From assembly GCA_022813965.1 (NCBI GenBank), contig JALDZS010000121.1:1-64000 (forward strand): 64,000 nt of DNA, in the 5' to 3' direction. The number at the start of each line of letters is the position of its first letter. The first letter of the stretch is position 1. The notes beneath the pieces are model-generated. The model was not told where the DNA came from and made no database searches. It saw only the letters and a list, made by a program, of their open reading frames with translations. Position numbers and translations under genes: made by a program. This DNA is from Toensbergia leucococca. Its lineage: Eukaryota. Shown piece by piece: positions 35,801 to 49,100 of the stretch.

Positions 35801-38665
35801 ACTCTGATTCGGCAGGACACAACGGAGTGTTCTTTAAGCGTTTGATGTCCTATAGACTTCATTTAGAATTCAACATTGGGGGGAGAGGAGTAGAGAAAGC
35901 TTGTTCGGGGCACTTACCTCGCTAGGAATGTCGCCATATACTGAAGTCAGGTACTTTATTAGGTCAACATGACTCCACTTACCGTCTGGTCCCTTGGCTT
36001 CTCCGCCTTTTTCTGAAGTTGCCATCAAGCGGTCAAATATCAAATTAAGCTCGATGGTTTTCCTTACGCCAAATGCAGCCAAGACCTTCTCTTTGACCGA
36101 ATTCAGAGTGACGATTGGAAGGTCATCAAAGATTTTTTTCACAGAAGCTTGGTACGCTTCAGTCGGCTTTCGAAGACCCCGAGTTGTAGGAATGACAGTC
36201 AAGGGACTCAGCAAGTCAACAATAGTAGTTTTTGAAGAAGAACTCAGCCCATCCCACTGCTTTGATATTGTCGCTAGGACCGTGCTCGCAAATACCAAGG
36301 ACTGTGTGATATTATGCTCCGATGCCAGCTGGGCCCGATTCTCAACTAGCCACTTGACCCAAGGGACCATCTGCAGATCTTCCCAACCAAAAGAATTCAG
36401 TTGATCCTTACTCAAGCTCTTGGAGAATCGAAAGGGGATTGTGTCATTTGGAAGGGGCATCTCAGGTGAGATTCGCGAAGGGTTGACCCAGTATTTAATG
36501 TCTCTTAATGAAATTATCTTTCCCGAGCCCGATGGACCTTCCTCAATGCTCGCAATAGCAACATTGAGAAGAGACTTAGCATCGCTCTGGTGGCTGCTTA
36601 AGTATCGTAGAAACTCAAGTAGCTGATCTGCATTCAAAGCCTTCGTTTCGAGTTCTTGCTTGACATCGATTTCGGAAACAGGCCCAACAAGCCCAAATTC
36701 AACTAGCTTTTCTACGAACCCCTTGGCCTTGTCCATCAGCTGTTCGGGAACAACGGGAATGCCTTCCACAAAACTAAGATCATCCGTGGCAGTTCGGACT
36801 TTTTCACTTGGTAAGACTCCACGGCTTGAGAGAATATCAATTGATGCCCCTTTATGGCAAGTCCAGAATGCAGATTCAACTAGGTTCCCAACTTGCTGGA
36901 AAGGGGTAGACTCGCGAAAAGTAAATTGATTCATAGCATGGATGGCTGCTGGAATCACCACTTTTATATCGTCCATGGCAATTTTCGTTCTACCAGCATT
37001 ACTAGTCACCCGCGATAGCTTGTCTTTCATAGTTTCCATCTCGCCGGACCATGCTATTCTGCACACCACTCCTGCTGCTCGTAACATTTCCATATTCCAG
37101 GTCCTCACCCACCGAGCGTTCAAATCAATAGCTTCTCTCTCTACAGTCGGAATGAGAGCAGGAGCATGGATATGGGCATTGAGTCCTGTCGTTTGTAATG
37201 TAGGAAACCCAATAAATACTCGACCAGATTTGGACGGGAGAACCGAGCTGAATATGTCATTCTCTTTCGACGCCATATTCTCATCAAATGACGAAGTCAG
37301 AATAGCAATAGACGTGTTCTTCGGAGGTGCTTTTTTAGTTGCCCTCTCTAATTCTTGACTGAACGTAGGATTTATAGTGGTACGGACAACTGCAGTGTGG
37401 ATGTGCAAGAATACCGTGGCCTTGATCTCTCCCATAAGATCCTCCGCAATTGCTGCCTGTAACACTTCTTCCTCCTTTGTTGCTCCATCTGAAGGCTTTG
37501 TAATACGTGAGAAGAATGCCCGAAGTGACGACGTGGGTTGGGCTCCCTTTGGTGACGTATCACTAGGAACAATTCGTTTCCAATCAACAATTCTTAATGT
37601 TTCTGCTTGAATTTGGGCTGCTTCATTTGAAACAGACAGAATTTCCATTAGACTTTCTTGAGTTTTCATTTGCAGCTCTTTGGGTAATTTTAGGGTAAGG
37701 TTTGGAGCTGTGATCTTGTTCAGTCTAATCAACCTCCAATCATCAAGCCATAGTTCTATAGTCTTGAGGCCAACAAAAGTCAATGCATTTGCCAGAAACT
37801 ATTCAATGAATGAGTAAGCGGCATTTCTATCAAAGTAAGGCATGGCAATACCTGACATAGTGGGAGGAAACTTGGTATTGGAGTTGTGGTATTACGGTAG
37901 TCTATTGGGAAAGCGGTCAAATGTCAGCAACAGAGCCATAGATAGCATCACTTCGTAATGTGTACCTAGAACAAAGCTTGTCTCATGGCTGGATTCAGAC
38001 GCCTGAAGTTGTAGTCGCCGAGTGAAAAGTGAATTTCCCTTCCAGAAGAAGCACATAGCAGAGCTTCCGCTAGATATGAATGGCTCTTCGCATTCGGAGA
38101 AAACTGACAGGGAACGTCAGATAACTCTTGCGTGAATTCTATCTCGGGCTGGATACCCACCACTGTAGAAGCCTACCCCGAAAGCACCTATTTTGGATTC
38201 ATCCGGATTTCCCTCGGCAATGCGCTTCAATCGAGCCCAGTCATTGTTACCAAATGGCTGCCCATCGTTGGTAACAATCAACGTCTTCAAAGTGTGGTGG
38301 AGAACGGTATGCTTAAGGAGGTCTGAAGTGGAGGCTGGAAGGGGCGTTTTCGTCGAAGGTAATGTCTTGAGCCTGATAGTTACCTTATTGGCTATATGGA
38401 GTTAGCGCTCAACCCACGTTCTTCTTCTATCCTTAGATAGCTGACCTGAAGCGTCGGCGGCATTCTGGAGCAATTCTCGAAGCATAGTAAACTCGCCAGA
38501 GTATCTCGCCAGGACTTTATCGATAAGAGCGCCTGGTTTTTGTGAGCGTTTTGTATCTTTGTAGACTTTGGCTGTCTTACGTGTATTGACAGTCACTGCT
38601 TCATCGTCATTGCCCGAGCCCATAGTCTGCGCCCTCAGCGCGGTGTAATCCGGGGTTGAATTCAT
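32868..38665 (-). CDS. Large DUF3684-type protein: N-terminal GHKL (HSP90/sacsin-like) ATPase and C-terminal HExxH motif
   Basis: VTVNTR|ALIDKVLARYSGEFTMLRELLQNAADA; VTNDGQPF...WARLKRIAEGNPDESKIGAFGVGFYS; GRVFIGFPTLQTTG; IPTVERE; C-terminal YWFVVLCHELAHNLVK|DH. About 11 GT-AG introns link the ORFs from 33097 to 38725. Confidence 0.85.
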
Positions 38666-39315
38666 GGCTAAGGAGTCGACTTCTACAAGCTCTACCGAAT
38701 TTATATGACTCTTGAAAGGGTGCACATGGCGCTATGGAAGCAGCAGACGGATCCTCCTGTCCTTGCTATGCAGTGTACGAGTAGGATTCGAGCAATACTG
38801 TTTCGAAGGTGCTAGATGTTACTTTGTGGCAAATTGAAGTTCGAGTGTCTTCGTAGGGCAGTCTGAAGAAAGAGTGCACGTGCCAGAGTGTTAGACCATG
38901 AACGCCTGAAAATGCCAAAGAAGTCGAGAACAATACGGTAGATGAGGTACTCGTAGCCTGGAGAGAAGAGATGAGATGAGAGTGGAGAGTGTTGGCGAGG
39001 CTCGATTTACGTGATGTACACATGCGGCTGTAACACTTGGCCTCAATGTTTATCTCCGGTAAGTAATCAATGTGGTAAATTACGCTGGTGGTACGGATAA
39101 GTTATTTAGAATACACGACTCATTCCAGCGTCTTCAACATGGTCACCATGGTTACCTCAGGCTTTTTGCGTCCAAACTTCGATACCTCGTTAATATATCA
39201 TAGGTCGCAGAGCTCTCGAGTCATGGAGCAAACTTAATCGTTCCGTCAACCATGGTCTCTGGAGACTGTGGCTTCTTCCAGGTTCTAGGTACAAGCCTTC
39301 TCATTAATTCTAGCT

Positions 39316-42300
39316 ATGGATCATGCTCCAGCTGTTCCTGCCTTTGTCCGAGCTCTCCTCCTCCCTGTTGGAAAGATCAACAATCACAGATTCAGCAGTT
39401 TTGTGGCGAGACTGGGAGAACACAAAATCATCTCTCTTGCAGATGTTAGCCCCGATGGCCGCCCGCATAGAAGTGAGACCCCCGATACCTTGTCCGGCCA
39501 GGGGACACACAGCTTATTGTCAACTGTGACCAACAGCCATGTTCTCGCCCCTCGCCTTTCCTGCTGGCACTGTTCTATATGATCTGACCACCTCTCTTCC
39601 TCCCCCGTCGCATTTTGCCTTGACACCATTTGAATTGTACCGGGAGCCATTGGTAGTTGTGGCCCTGGCAGATGGCAATGAACTCCTTCATGCCACCGAC
39701 GAGGCGCCAAACACTGCTCAAGAAGATCGTGTCTCACCGGACGAGAATTTCAGTCATCTTTTGAATAGTCTCGATCGATTGAAAGTCGATTATCATAGAG
39801 CTTTGGTGCATCAAGTACTGGTATTTGATTATGTATCCGCTGTGGCGTTGCCCGCAGGTGTAGTGGCAGTTCCATCTCCTGAGCAAAGCAAAACCACAAC
39901 CATAAAGACGTTAATGGCAAACTGGACATCTCTTCTTCTAGCCGAAATGACCACTCTTGCCAAATCCTTCCAGGCTCTCCCTTCCTTAGACTCACCAACA
40001 ACACCGTTAAGCACACGAAGTCTGAATGGAAAGCCTTCTAGTCTAGATTTTGATAGAGACAACTCTTCTAAACCTTCAAGGCCTACCTCTAATACCCAAG
40101 GTTTTGCCAATGATGCTGCTGTTGCTAGATTCCAAAATCGTATGTCAATGCCCACTCAGCGTCCTTCGGGAGAGTCTTCTGGTACAGCTACACCTCCGAC
40201 TACGTTCGATGCAATTGCTGGAGTTTCTAGAACTTCTTCTCCTGTAAGAAGCGATGAACGAAGACAATCCAGTCGAGACGGAATTTCTATACAAGGATTG
40301 GCATCCAGTGGTTTGGGGGAAAGAGAAAGAATCAAGGGCAAGGGCCGCATTGGAGTCGTTATTGGGTCTTTGTATTTACTTGCAGGGCGATGGCCAGACG
40401 CGGTGAAGGAGCTTGTAGAAAGCGCGTCAATTGCTAGAGGCCACAGTGACTACCTATGGCACGCAAAGTCTCTAGATTATATTCTCGTATGTCTGTTCAT
40501 GTATGCTTGGGCAGGCATGGACTTCCAGGTGAGTCTCCTTCTTCAAATCAGCTGCCCTACATGATTGCTCAAAGACACTAGATCCCTCAAATATGTTATC
40601 CTGGAACGGAAAAGTCGAATCCATCTTCTAATAAAGCTGCCTACCACACACCGTCGAGTAGTCTGCCTGACCTGACATCATTGAAGTCTTCCAACCCAGC
40701 GAGCCGCCTTGTATCAATTCAGAATTTGATCAATCTGTTGCCAGACTTGGTCACTAATATACTGAACCTCTACGCACGCGCTACTACTTTCACCGATGAT
40801 CGACTCCCTCAATTAGCTTATTCCGAATCTACCATCCGCTTTTCCAGGCTCCTCTCTATCATTCAGCTTTCTCACGGAAATCTTGATGATGGCGGACTGA
40901 AGCGCGTGATTTTCAATATTGAAACGCCTCTCAAAAAAGCGTTGCCATCTCAGCTCACTCAATTTCCCTCCAAGTCAGAGATATGCGCTCTTTTGTTTCG
41001 TGCTTTTCCCACACCTACGTCGTTATCAACCGCCGATCATGTTACAGTTCTTATAGGTATCGCTTCAGTGTTGGGGAGCTTGGGATACGATCGAAAAAAG
41101 GCCTTGGTCTTGAAAGAGCTCATCTCTACTCTTCTACCAGCTGTGAGTTAATAGTCCGCCCTTGTTTTCCTACTCTCTCACCTCTGTTCTGATACACCTC
41201 AACTTAGTTAATACAAGCTCGGAAAGCTGGTGCTGCCGAAATGGGCGTCCATCCTGCAGCTAGCCTTACGTCCCTAGACACAACCAATGGTGGACTGAAT
41301 CCTCTGTATCGGGATTCCTCATTCGACGGTTCCGAGGACGGATTGCAAGACTTTCTTTCAATCGTCTGCAAAATTTATGGTGTTGTACTCTCTACCCAGC
41401 TCGGCCTCGACAACGGATTAGATTCTTCCACAGCTTCAGGCTCTGATGCCTCTAACAAATCGCATCGAGACTCAACCGAATCGATTGTCAATCGTGCGAT
41501 TCAGCAAGCTACTACTCGCTCTTTTGGTGCTCGGCCTCTCAAAGTGGATTTGCTACGATCCTGCATAAATCTATGCGAAGCTTTGCCAGATCTTGAGGGT
41601 GTCCTTCGATTCTCTGCTGATCTTCTTCGAACAGCAGGTAGTGGCCTTGCACCAGCTCCCAACGATAAAGACAGCTCACCAGCTTTAACAGTCGAAGATC
41701 AAGTAAGACTTGCTAGTAATATATCTCGAACAGTCGGTGCTGCGAGAAAATTAGGTCTCGAGCAGCTGGAAACGGAATACTGGGACGAATTCCTCGTCCG
41801 AGGTATTGAGGTCATCGAATCCTCATTATCAAAACCTCCAAAACCACATGCAAAGGCCGAGCTAGAGGTTGCCGAAACCATCAGTAAGAAGACGGATAAA
41901 AGCCCATTCATCTACAATCCATTCTTAAAGGTAGCTCCTTCAAGTGTAGCGGAACCGCTTCTAGTAGCGCTAGAGGAAGCAGGATTCAAGGTTACTTTGC
42001 AAAACCTCTATGACTTTGATGTCGAGGTTGAATGGATCAGGCTTGAATGTAGTGGTGTGTCTTTCGACAACTCCACTTTGAGCACCATCATAGGTCCATA
42101 TCGAACACAGTCAGTGTTTTTGTCAGGGACGCCCAAGACTGCTGGCTCTCTGAATATCACTGGCTGTATTGCTAAGATCAAAGGCTGTCGAGAGCGAAGA
42201 TTTCCAATCTTCAGTACGCCGTGGGCTTCGAAGCAGGACATCAAATCCAAATATGTCGGCCTGGCTGCTAACGGTGTAGAACTCACTCCAAGGCCAGGCA

Positions 42301-43970
42301 GCCGTAAAGTTCCTGGCGCATCTCAAGGCCCAATAGCATCAACTATTGCGCTCAAGGTCATAGAACCCCAACCAGAATTGATCGTAACATCCATATCACT
42401 CTCGCAATCAGCCATCATGCTTCTCGAAGGAGAGACAAAAACATTCACAGTCACCTTGCAGAACCTTTCTTCTACGGTACCCGCCGATCTGCTGCTTCTC
42501 TCCTTCAACGATTCAACGACATCCCATCTACAATCCGCAACAGCAAATAAAGACCTTTCTCCCGCCGATATATATGAGCTAGAATTATCTTCTTTGCAAA
42601 ATCAAGCTTTACGCTGGAAACGAAAAGACGTCGACGGAGATGCTGCCATCGCTCCAGGTGGTGAAATCACGCTCGAGATCGAGGTACTTGGTAAGCCTGG
42701 ATTTTCGCAAGGGACTGTTCAAGTTGACTATGGGTATCTCGGTATGCCTAAAGTAGACGTCAAAGACCGCTTTTACACTAGACAAGTGACCATTCCTCTC
42801 AACGTTACTGTCAACGCAAGTATAGATCTCGTCCGCAATGACATAATACCCCTGAACAGCGACTTTGCTTCGTCTCAGCAACAGTTGCAGCGAAAAGACA
42901 CCGGCAGCTTAGAAACCCATGCACATAACCCAACACCTCCTGTGGAAGAACACGCATCACTCTCACATCTTCTCCAGACCCTAAATCTCCACTCCTCCAC
43001 GGAAGACCATTGCCTCCTCCTTCTCGACCTCCGCAACTCCTGGCCCAACACCCTACTTGCAACCCTCGAAATTCGTCTTCCTCCATCAGAACCCACCTCT
43101 CCCCCAACGTACACCCAACACACCACCCTCCAACCAGGCCAAACAAATCGCCTGATACTCCCCCTCCCTCTCCTCCACCAACCAAACCAGCACCACCCAA
43201 TTCCCTCCCTAAATCCCCTCACAAAACGCCAATACATCCACCAAACTAACACTCCATCACCCCAAACCGAGCGCGCAACCCGTGAATCCTTCTGGTACCG
43301 CCACCAACTCCTCTCCCTCCTCCACGCCACCTGGCACGAACCCTTCACCAACCGCACCGGCATCATCAACACCCGGGCAATCCGCCTAAACGCACGCATG
43401 ATCTCTGCCCTCAAAGTCGAAGAAATCGGCATCGAAATGACTCTCTCCCCCGCCGAAGAAACCCCACCATCACCCAAAAATAACAGCAACACTACCATAT
43501 TCAAACAACTCAGCCCCTTCAAATACTTCGTCAAAATAGACGCCTTCCTCACCCTCACAACGCGCATCACAAACCGCACCTCAGATCCCATCCGCCCCTT
43601 CCTCCGCCTCCAGCCCACCCTCCGCAACCAACCCCACACCATTGCTCTCGACTTGTCCAAGAAATTTGCCTGGAGCGGCCTACTGCAGCGGGCGCTACCT
43701 TTGCTGGGGCCGGGGGAGAGCAGAGAGGTTAGTTTGGGGGTGTGTGTGCTTTGTGAAGGGGAATTTGAGATTGGAGCATTGGTGGAGGAGGTTAGGGCTT
43801 TGGAGAGAGGGGGTGATGCTGCTGGTGGAAGTGGTAGTGGGGGAAGGAATAGGGCTGGGACGGATGGGTTTGGGGGGATGGGGAGAGGGGTTGTTTGGAG
43901 GAGAGGGGAGAGGAGGGTTTGGGGGGTTAGGGAGGTGTGTGTGGTTTATGGAAGGGATGTGGTGCGGTGA
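39316..43970 (+). CDS. TRS120: TRAPP II complex subunit Trs120 (TRAPPC9)
   Basis: VRALLLPVGKI...SPDGRPHR|MFSPLAFPAG...PFELYREPL; GSLYLLAGRWPDA; DYLWHAK; EYWDEFLVRG; PFIYNPF; LLLLDLRNSWP. Introns at about 39472-39536, 40529-40581 and 41144-41207. Confidence 0.93.
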
Positions 43971-44468
43971 ATGTGGGGTCTTGTTTCTTTTTTTTTCTTC
44001 GTGGGCAGGAGCGTGGGATATGTGTTTGTTGTGTGTCGTGATGGGTCTGGGGACTTGGATGTGATGGTTTTGTGACACTAGGTAGCCTTTTGTGTGTTCA
44101 GGTGAGTTGGGTTGTTTGTAGAGTATAACAACGATGCAATCTAACTTTTCCCTGCTGATTTTGTTTCATTTCATTTCATTTCTTGAAGTTTAAAGTTTGT
44201 TGACTGCCTCCTTTTATTTTTGCTTACAGACTCTCTGTGAGAATAGAAGGGTTGAGAAGTGAGTGAATGTGAGAAGATGTGATGAGAGAGAATTTGAGCC
44301 TTTTTTTTTGGTTGAGAGGTTTGAGAGATGAGATGAGAGTGAGAGATAAGAGTGTTGAGTTTATGTTTAGATTCTGTTTAGATTTGAGTTTGAGTGAGAT
44401 GAAGGCTAAGAGTGAGATGAGATGAGGTTGAGGTTCACATCAAAGCCACAGCACAAACCCTCTCACCT

Positions 44469-44640
44469 TGTAAGGGTCTCTTACGAGATTCCGAATTCTG
44501 GGTGTAATTGAAAGATGGATTGCTATCTAGGTGCGGAGCTACTAGATATACCGTGGCTATGCCAAGCCACTTAGGGTTCTTGGCTCACCTATCCTCGCCT
44601 AACTACTCCTAGCCCTAAGGAAGAAAGAAACACCGTAACA
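44469..44640 (-). repeat. Putative 3' LTR (172 bp) of the gypsy element
   Basis: Ends are TG...CA with imperfect terminal inversion (TGTAAGGG / CCGTAACA). On the minus strand it is immediately preceded by the PPT-like GTGGGGCGTGT. No second LTR in the window to confirm it. Confidence 0.55.
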
Positions 44641-44701
44641 ACACGCCCCACATGAAAAAGATCCTCCATGCCCTCATGGTTCTGCCGCGGACTTTCCACG
44701 T

Positions 44702-46110
44702 TTAGAAAGTCATTTCATCTTGACTTAAATCTTCCGTAGCTGACGGGTAGTATGAAAAGGTGTCACTGTCTTTGTCTGAGGCGGCGAGCGGTGACGGGAC
44801 GGCAGCGGGCGATGACGGGACGGAGGGTGACGGCGGTAGTGCGGCGGGCGGCTGTGCGAGGACTACTGAATGGCATGAATAGGTAGCTGGCGACGGCGGC
44901 ATTTCCATGGCTTTATTTTCTTCTGCTGCACCGGTATTTATCGTCAGTGACTCTTCATTAGTTCTAGGTAGCCCGGGATTTATCGTCAGAATTTCAATGA
45001 AACTTTCAGTTGTCATGACATCAGGTTTCAGTGAACTTCTTCAGTCATCATCCTTCAATCTATTTATGACTTTGCTTATCATATTTATCACGGTAAATGT
45101 GAATCCTTCATGAGTATTCTGCTTTGTAGGTCATTCAATTCATAGGATTGCTGACATAGAATTGTTCTGAAACATTATCAAGTTTTTAGCATTTATTGTG
45201 AAATCATCATGAATCTGCTGAGGCTCATTGTCAATTGAGTCAGTCAAATTTATCAGTTCAGGTCAGTCTAACTCTGAATAAGTCACACTATAATATTATC
45301 ATGAACATTTCATGCTCATTTAACTAGTTCTTACTCTCACTGTTTCCTTAAGTGAATGTATGACTCACACTGATTTCTGTACTCAGTATGTGTCTGAATC
45401 TTTCAGTCATAATGATCTTTTGTTATTGCATTAGCAATATCTTGACAATCATCTTTCAGTACATAGTCAGAATTGAACAGAATGTGACATTTATTAATAA
45501 GGGAATCAAATGAATCTTTCACTTGATATTTTATATTAAGAATATTTATGAAAATTTCATTAGCATAGTCTATCATTTTCTTGAAGGTTTCATCTGAGAT
45601 TACTAAATAGACAGGTTTTTCAGAAGTGATCTTGCTAGTATTGATCTTAGCTCATTCTTTTGTTCATGAAGAGTCTGTGACAAGTTCTATCATATGTTTC
45701 ATAAGATTAATATTCATATCAGATTTAATAGATACTGTGAGAGGATTGATGATAATATACTCTTCTACTGAGTTGAAATTCTTAACTGCAAACCTGACAG
45801 CAGGGTGCAGGTATCTCACAGTATATTCAACCTCATACATCTCTTTTTCATATTTAATATTCAGGAGTTCATAATCATAAGGTTGTGCGTCAGTAAGCAG
45901 TTGTTTTTTTACCTCTTTTAATAGATATTGCTGATCTTTAATAGTGAGATCTGTAAGCTTAATTAAAGAAGATGTTTTTATAGTCATGTGTCTCATGCTT
46001 GAGAAATTTATAAACTTTTCAGACTTCTTTAACCTTTTGACTGAAGTGACTAGTGTTTGTGACTTAGAATTCTCAGTCATCTTTATAGACACAACTTTAC
46101 GCTTAATCAT
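44702..46110 (-). pseudogene. Degenerate extra ORF between pol and the 3' LTR of the retroelement
   Basis: ORFs 45664-46110 and 44702-45016 are on the element's sense strand. The 44702 frame extends upstream, broken only by TGA codons consistent with CGA>TGA. Confidence 0.5.
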
Positions 46111-49100
46111 GATAAAACTAAAATAGTAGTAAGGTTGTGATAAAAACTTGAAGATGAGATGATATGATTAAAACCTTTCAAATTATTAGCTGAATAATCA
46201 GTGATAATTTCAATGTCTGACAGATGAAATACTAATTAGATACTGCTGACAGATATTATTTAAATACTAGATAAGGAAAGGTAGATTTATTAAACACTCC
46301 TTAGATTATTTAGTATATAAAGTATTGAAAGATATTCAAACATTCACACTTGAAGCAGACAGAGTCTTTTTGACTAACTCAGACTGTGCAGATAGTATAG
46401 AAGATTTGAATTGCTAAACTGATAAAGGTAGTTAATAACACTGTGTTGCAGACTAACCTGTGAGTGTTTTAAACATTTGACAATTTAGCTAATAAGAAAA
46501 AACTGTGATGAATATGTAGCAAACTTTTGAATAAAATAAAACTTAAGAAAATTGTAAATTGTGAGTAGAAGACTGATCAGCTTGTAGACTATCTGTGAAA
46601 TTTCAATGATGATGTAAATAAGATGATAGCAAGCTGTACTGTTAATAACAACTAAATTGACTGATAATAAAAAGATGATAACAGTGAATATAGAATGAGA
46701 AAGGATGAGAGAATAAAACAAAAAGGTAAAGTTAAGACTTGAACTCATTCACTGTACATGCTAACAAAAAGAGATAAACTGTGTGACCTTTGCCCCTGAT
46801 GATGAATTAACTGTAGTTATTTTAGTGATTGCTTATAGACAAGTAAGGTTTCAGTGTGATTTCTAGTGACAGTTACTGCGTGACTCTTTTAGGTCATCCT
46901 TATTCTTATTTTACAATTACTTGAGTTCTTGATACTTTTAAAGCATTACTATCTATGATCTGTATCAGTTGCTTGTTTCTAAAAGCCTTATAATCCTGTA
47001 TTAAATTCATAAAATTCTTTAAGTCCTTTAGATTCATAAACTGATCATGCTTCAGTCTGTATTATTTTTATCTTATTAAGTATTCTGTAAATTTATCACA
47101 TCCTCTTTTGACAATTCTTTTGTTAAGTAAACATTCTACTTCAAAAGACTTAGAGGTTTTCATGTCATCATCAACATGAATTGACAGTGACTTATTCAGT
47201 CAAGGACATTGAAATAAATTCAAGTTAGAGTTTAGCACTGACTTCAATTATTGAATGATAAACACTGAGTGCACTCATTAATTCTGTAAAATATTCAGTT
47301 TATAGATCAGTCATTCTATCTTCTTTATAATCTTGAACAGTCCTGTAGATTGCATACTGAGCTTCTTGAATCTGATGCTTGAAGTATTCAGTAAATATCT
47401 CTTGTGTAGAACTATCTGCACATAGTCTCTGACCTTTAAGTTTATTGACTGATACTTGTGATTATAGTGATATTTAGTCATCACTGCAGTGAAGTCTATT
47501 ATGTTCAATACTTGAGTTCAGGAGTTCAAAATATTCATGACTATTCTGTTATCCCTATCTGAGATTCAGGATGTTAAATCTTGAATAGATGTTTCATAAC
47601 ATATCTCATTTAGGGTCTTATTTATAGTCACAGATATGAAATTGTTCAAGTTAAATTGTAGAAGGGATATTATCTTTGATCAGTGTGCTGAATCTTTCAT
47701 GAATTGCATGTAGTACTGAAGAGCTATTTTTACTGTTTAATTAATTCTATCTGATTGACCATCAGTCTGTGAGTGATAGGCAGTGCTATATAAGAGCTTT
47801 ACCCTCAACTGTTCAAACAGTGCTATTCAGAATAAACTAAGAAATTTTCAGTCTCAATTGAATACAATAATCAATAGTAGGTCTTATTTTACTTTCATCA
47901 AGGCATTAAGATAGCTTATTGCTCAGTCTTTAGCAAAATACTTAAATTCTTCAGGAATTAACAGTACTTATTTACTGAACTTGCAGATAGTCATCATGAG
48001 ATTATTGAACTTTTCTTCTGACTTTAAAAGGGCAAGGATAAAGTCAATAGTAATAGTATAAAATAACTGCAATAATGCTATGATTAATTGCAGTAATTCA
48101 TAAGACATATGTCTGTGAGTTTGATAGATCTGACAGATAGAACAATGTCAAAGAGAGTCCTTTAAAGACTTGTGTAATTTATAAATATATCAGAAATAAG
48201 TGATTTTCTCATACAACTTGTCATAGTCTAAATGACCTTAATTGTCATAAATAATTGCAAATATCTTCTTCTCACAAGTTCATAATAAAATCAGTCATCT
48301 TTCATCAGTTAGTTTATTAATATAAAAAATTAGGCTGTTGTCTGCCCCCTTAAAAGGAATTTTTGCAGCGCTCATGCCGTAATTTTTCTTTAGAACTTTC
48401 ATGACATTTTTCAATTTAGTATCCTTTTTATAGCCTCATACAATTTTTGCCTTGAAATTCTCATTTATTCTGATGAAGGTGAAGGAATAAACATACAGTG
48501 CATTTAGTTCTAAATGACCTTTATTAGATTTATCATGAATTTTTGAGTCTAAGTGTGATAGAGCATCTGACATCATATTTTTCTTGTTGAGAATGTGTTA
48601 TATATTCAGGTTAAACCTTTGAAGGTATTTCAATGCACAGATAAGCTGTAGATTTAACTTAACTGTCAATGTGATATTAAGACTCATCTGAGTAACAATG
48701 TCAACAGTAGATATATGATCAGTTAAGATGATAGTTCTTTTAACTGATTTCATCATATGATGAATTTTCTTTATCACTCATACTAGACAGACTATTTTTA
48801 TTTCAGTAGGTTAGTAATGAGTTTTAGCAGGGCTAAGGAGGTGACTCAGAAAAAGGATAAGTTTTATTTGACTGAAAGATGAGTATTTTCTCATTTTTTT
48901 TATTGTTGAATGCATGTTCTGATTTTCTTGTAAAAGATATAATTAGTTCTAGATCTTCTTTTACATAAAAGATCATGACTCTTATTTCTTTCTTAAAAGC
49001 ATCAGAGTTAATTCACAGATCTCTTGTGTGATCAAAATGATGCAAGTTGTGAGATGAAAATAGCATTTTCTGAATCATTTCAAATGATTAGGTTTCTTTA

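Noticed and set aside
42811..44078. Long antisense and alternative-frame ORFs over the TRS120 3' end (similarly over DHR1 and ELP5)
   Set aside because: Explained by G- or C-skewed composition lacking stop codons.
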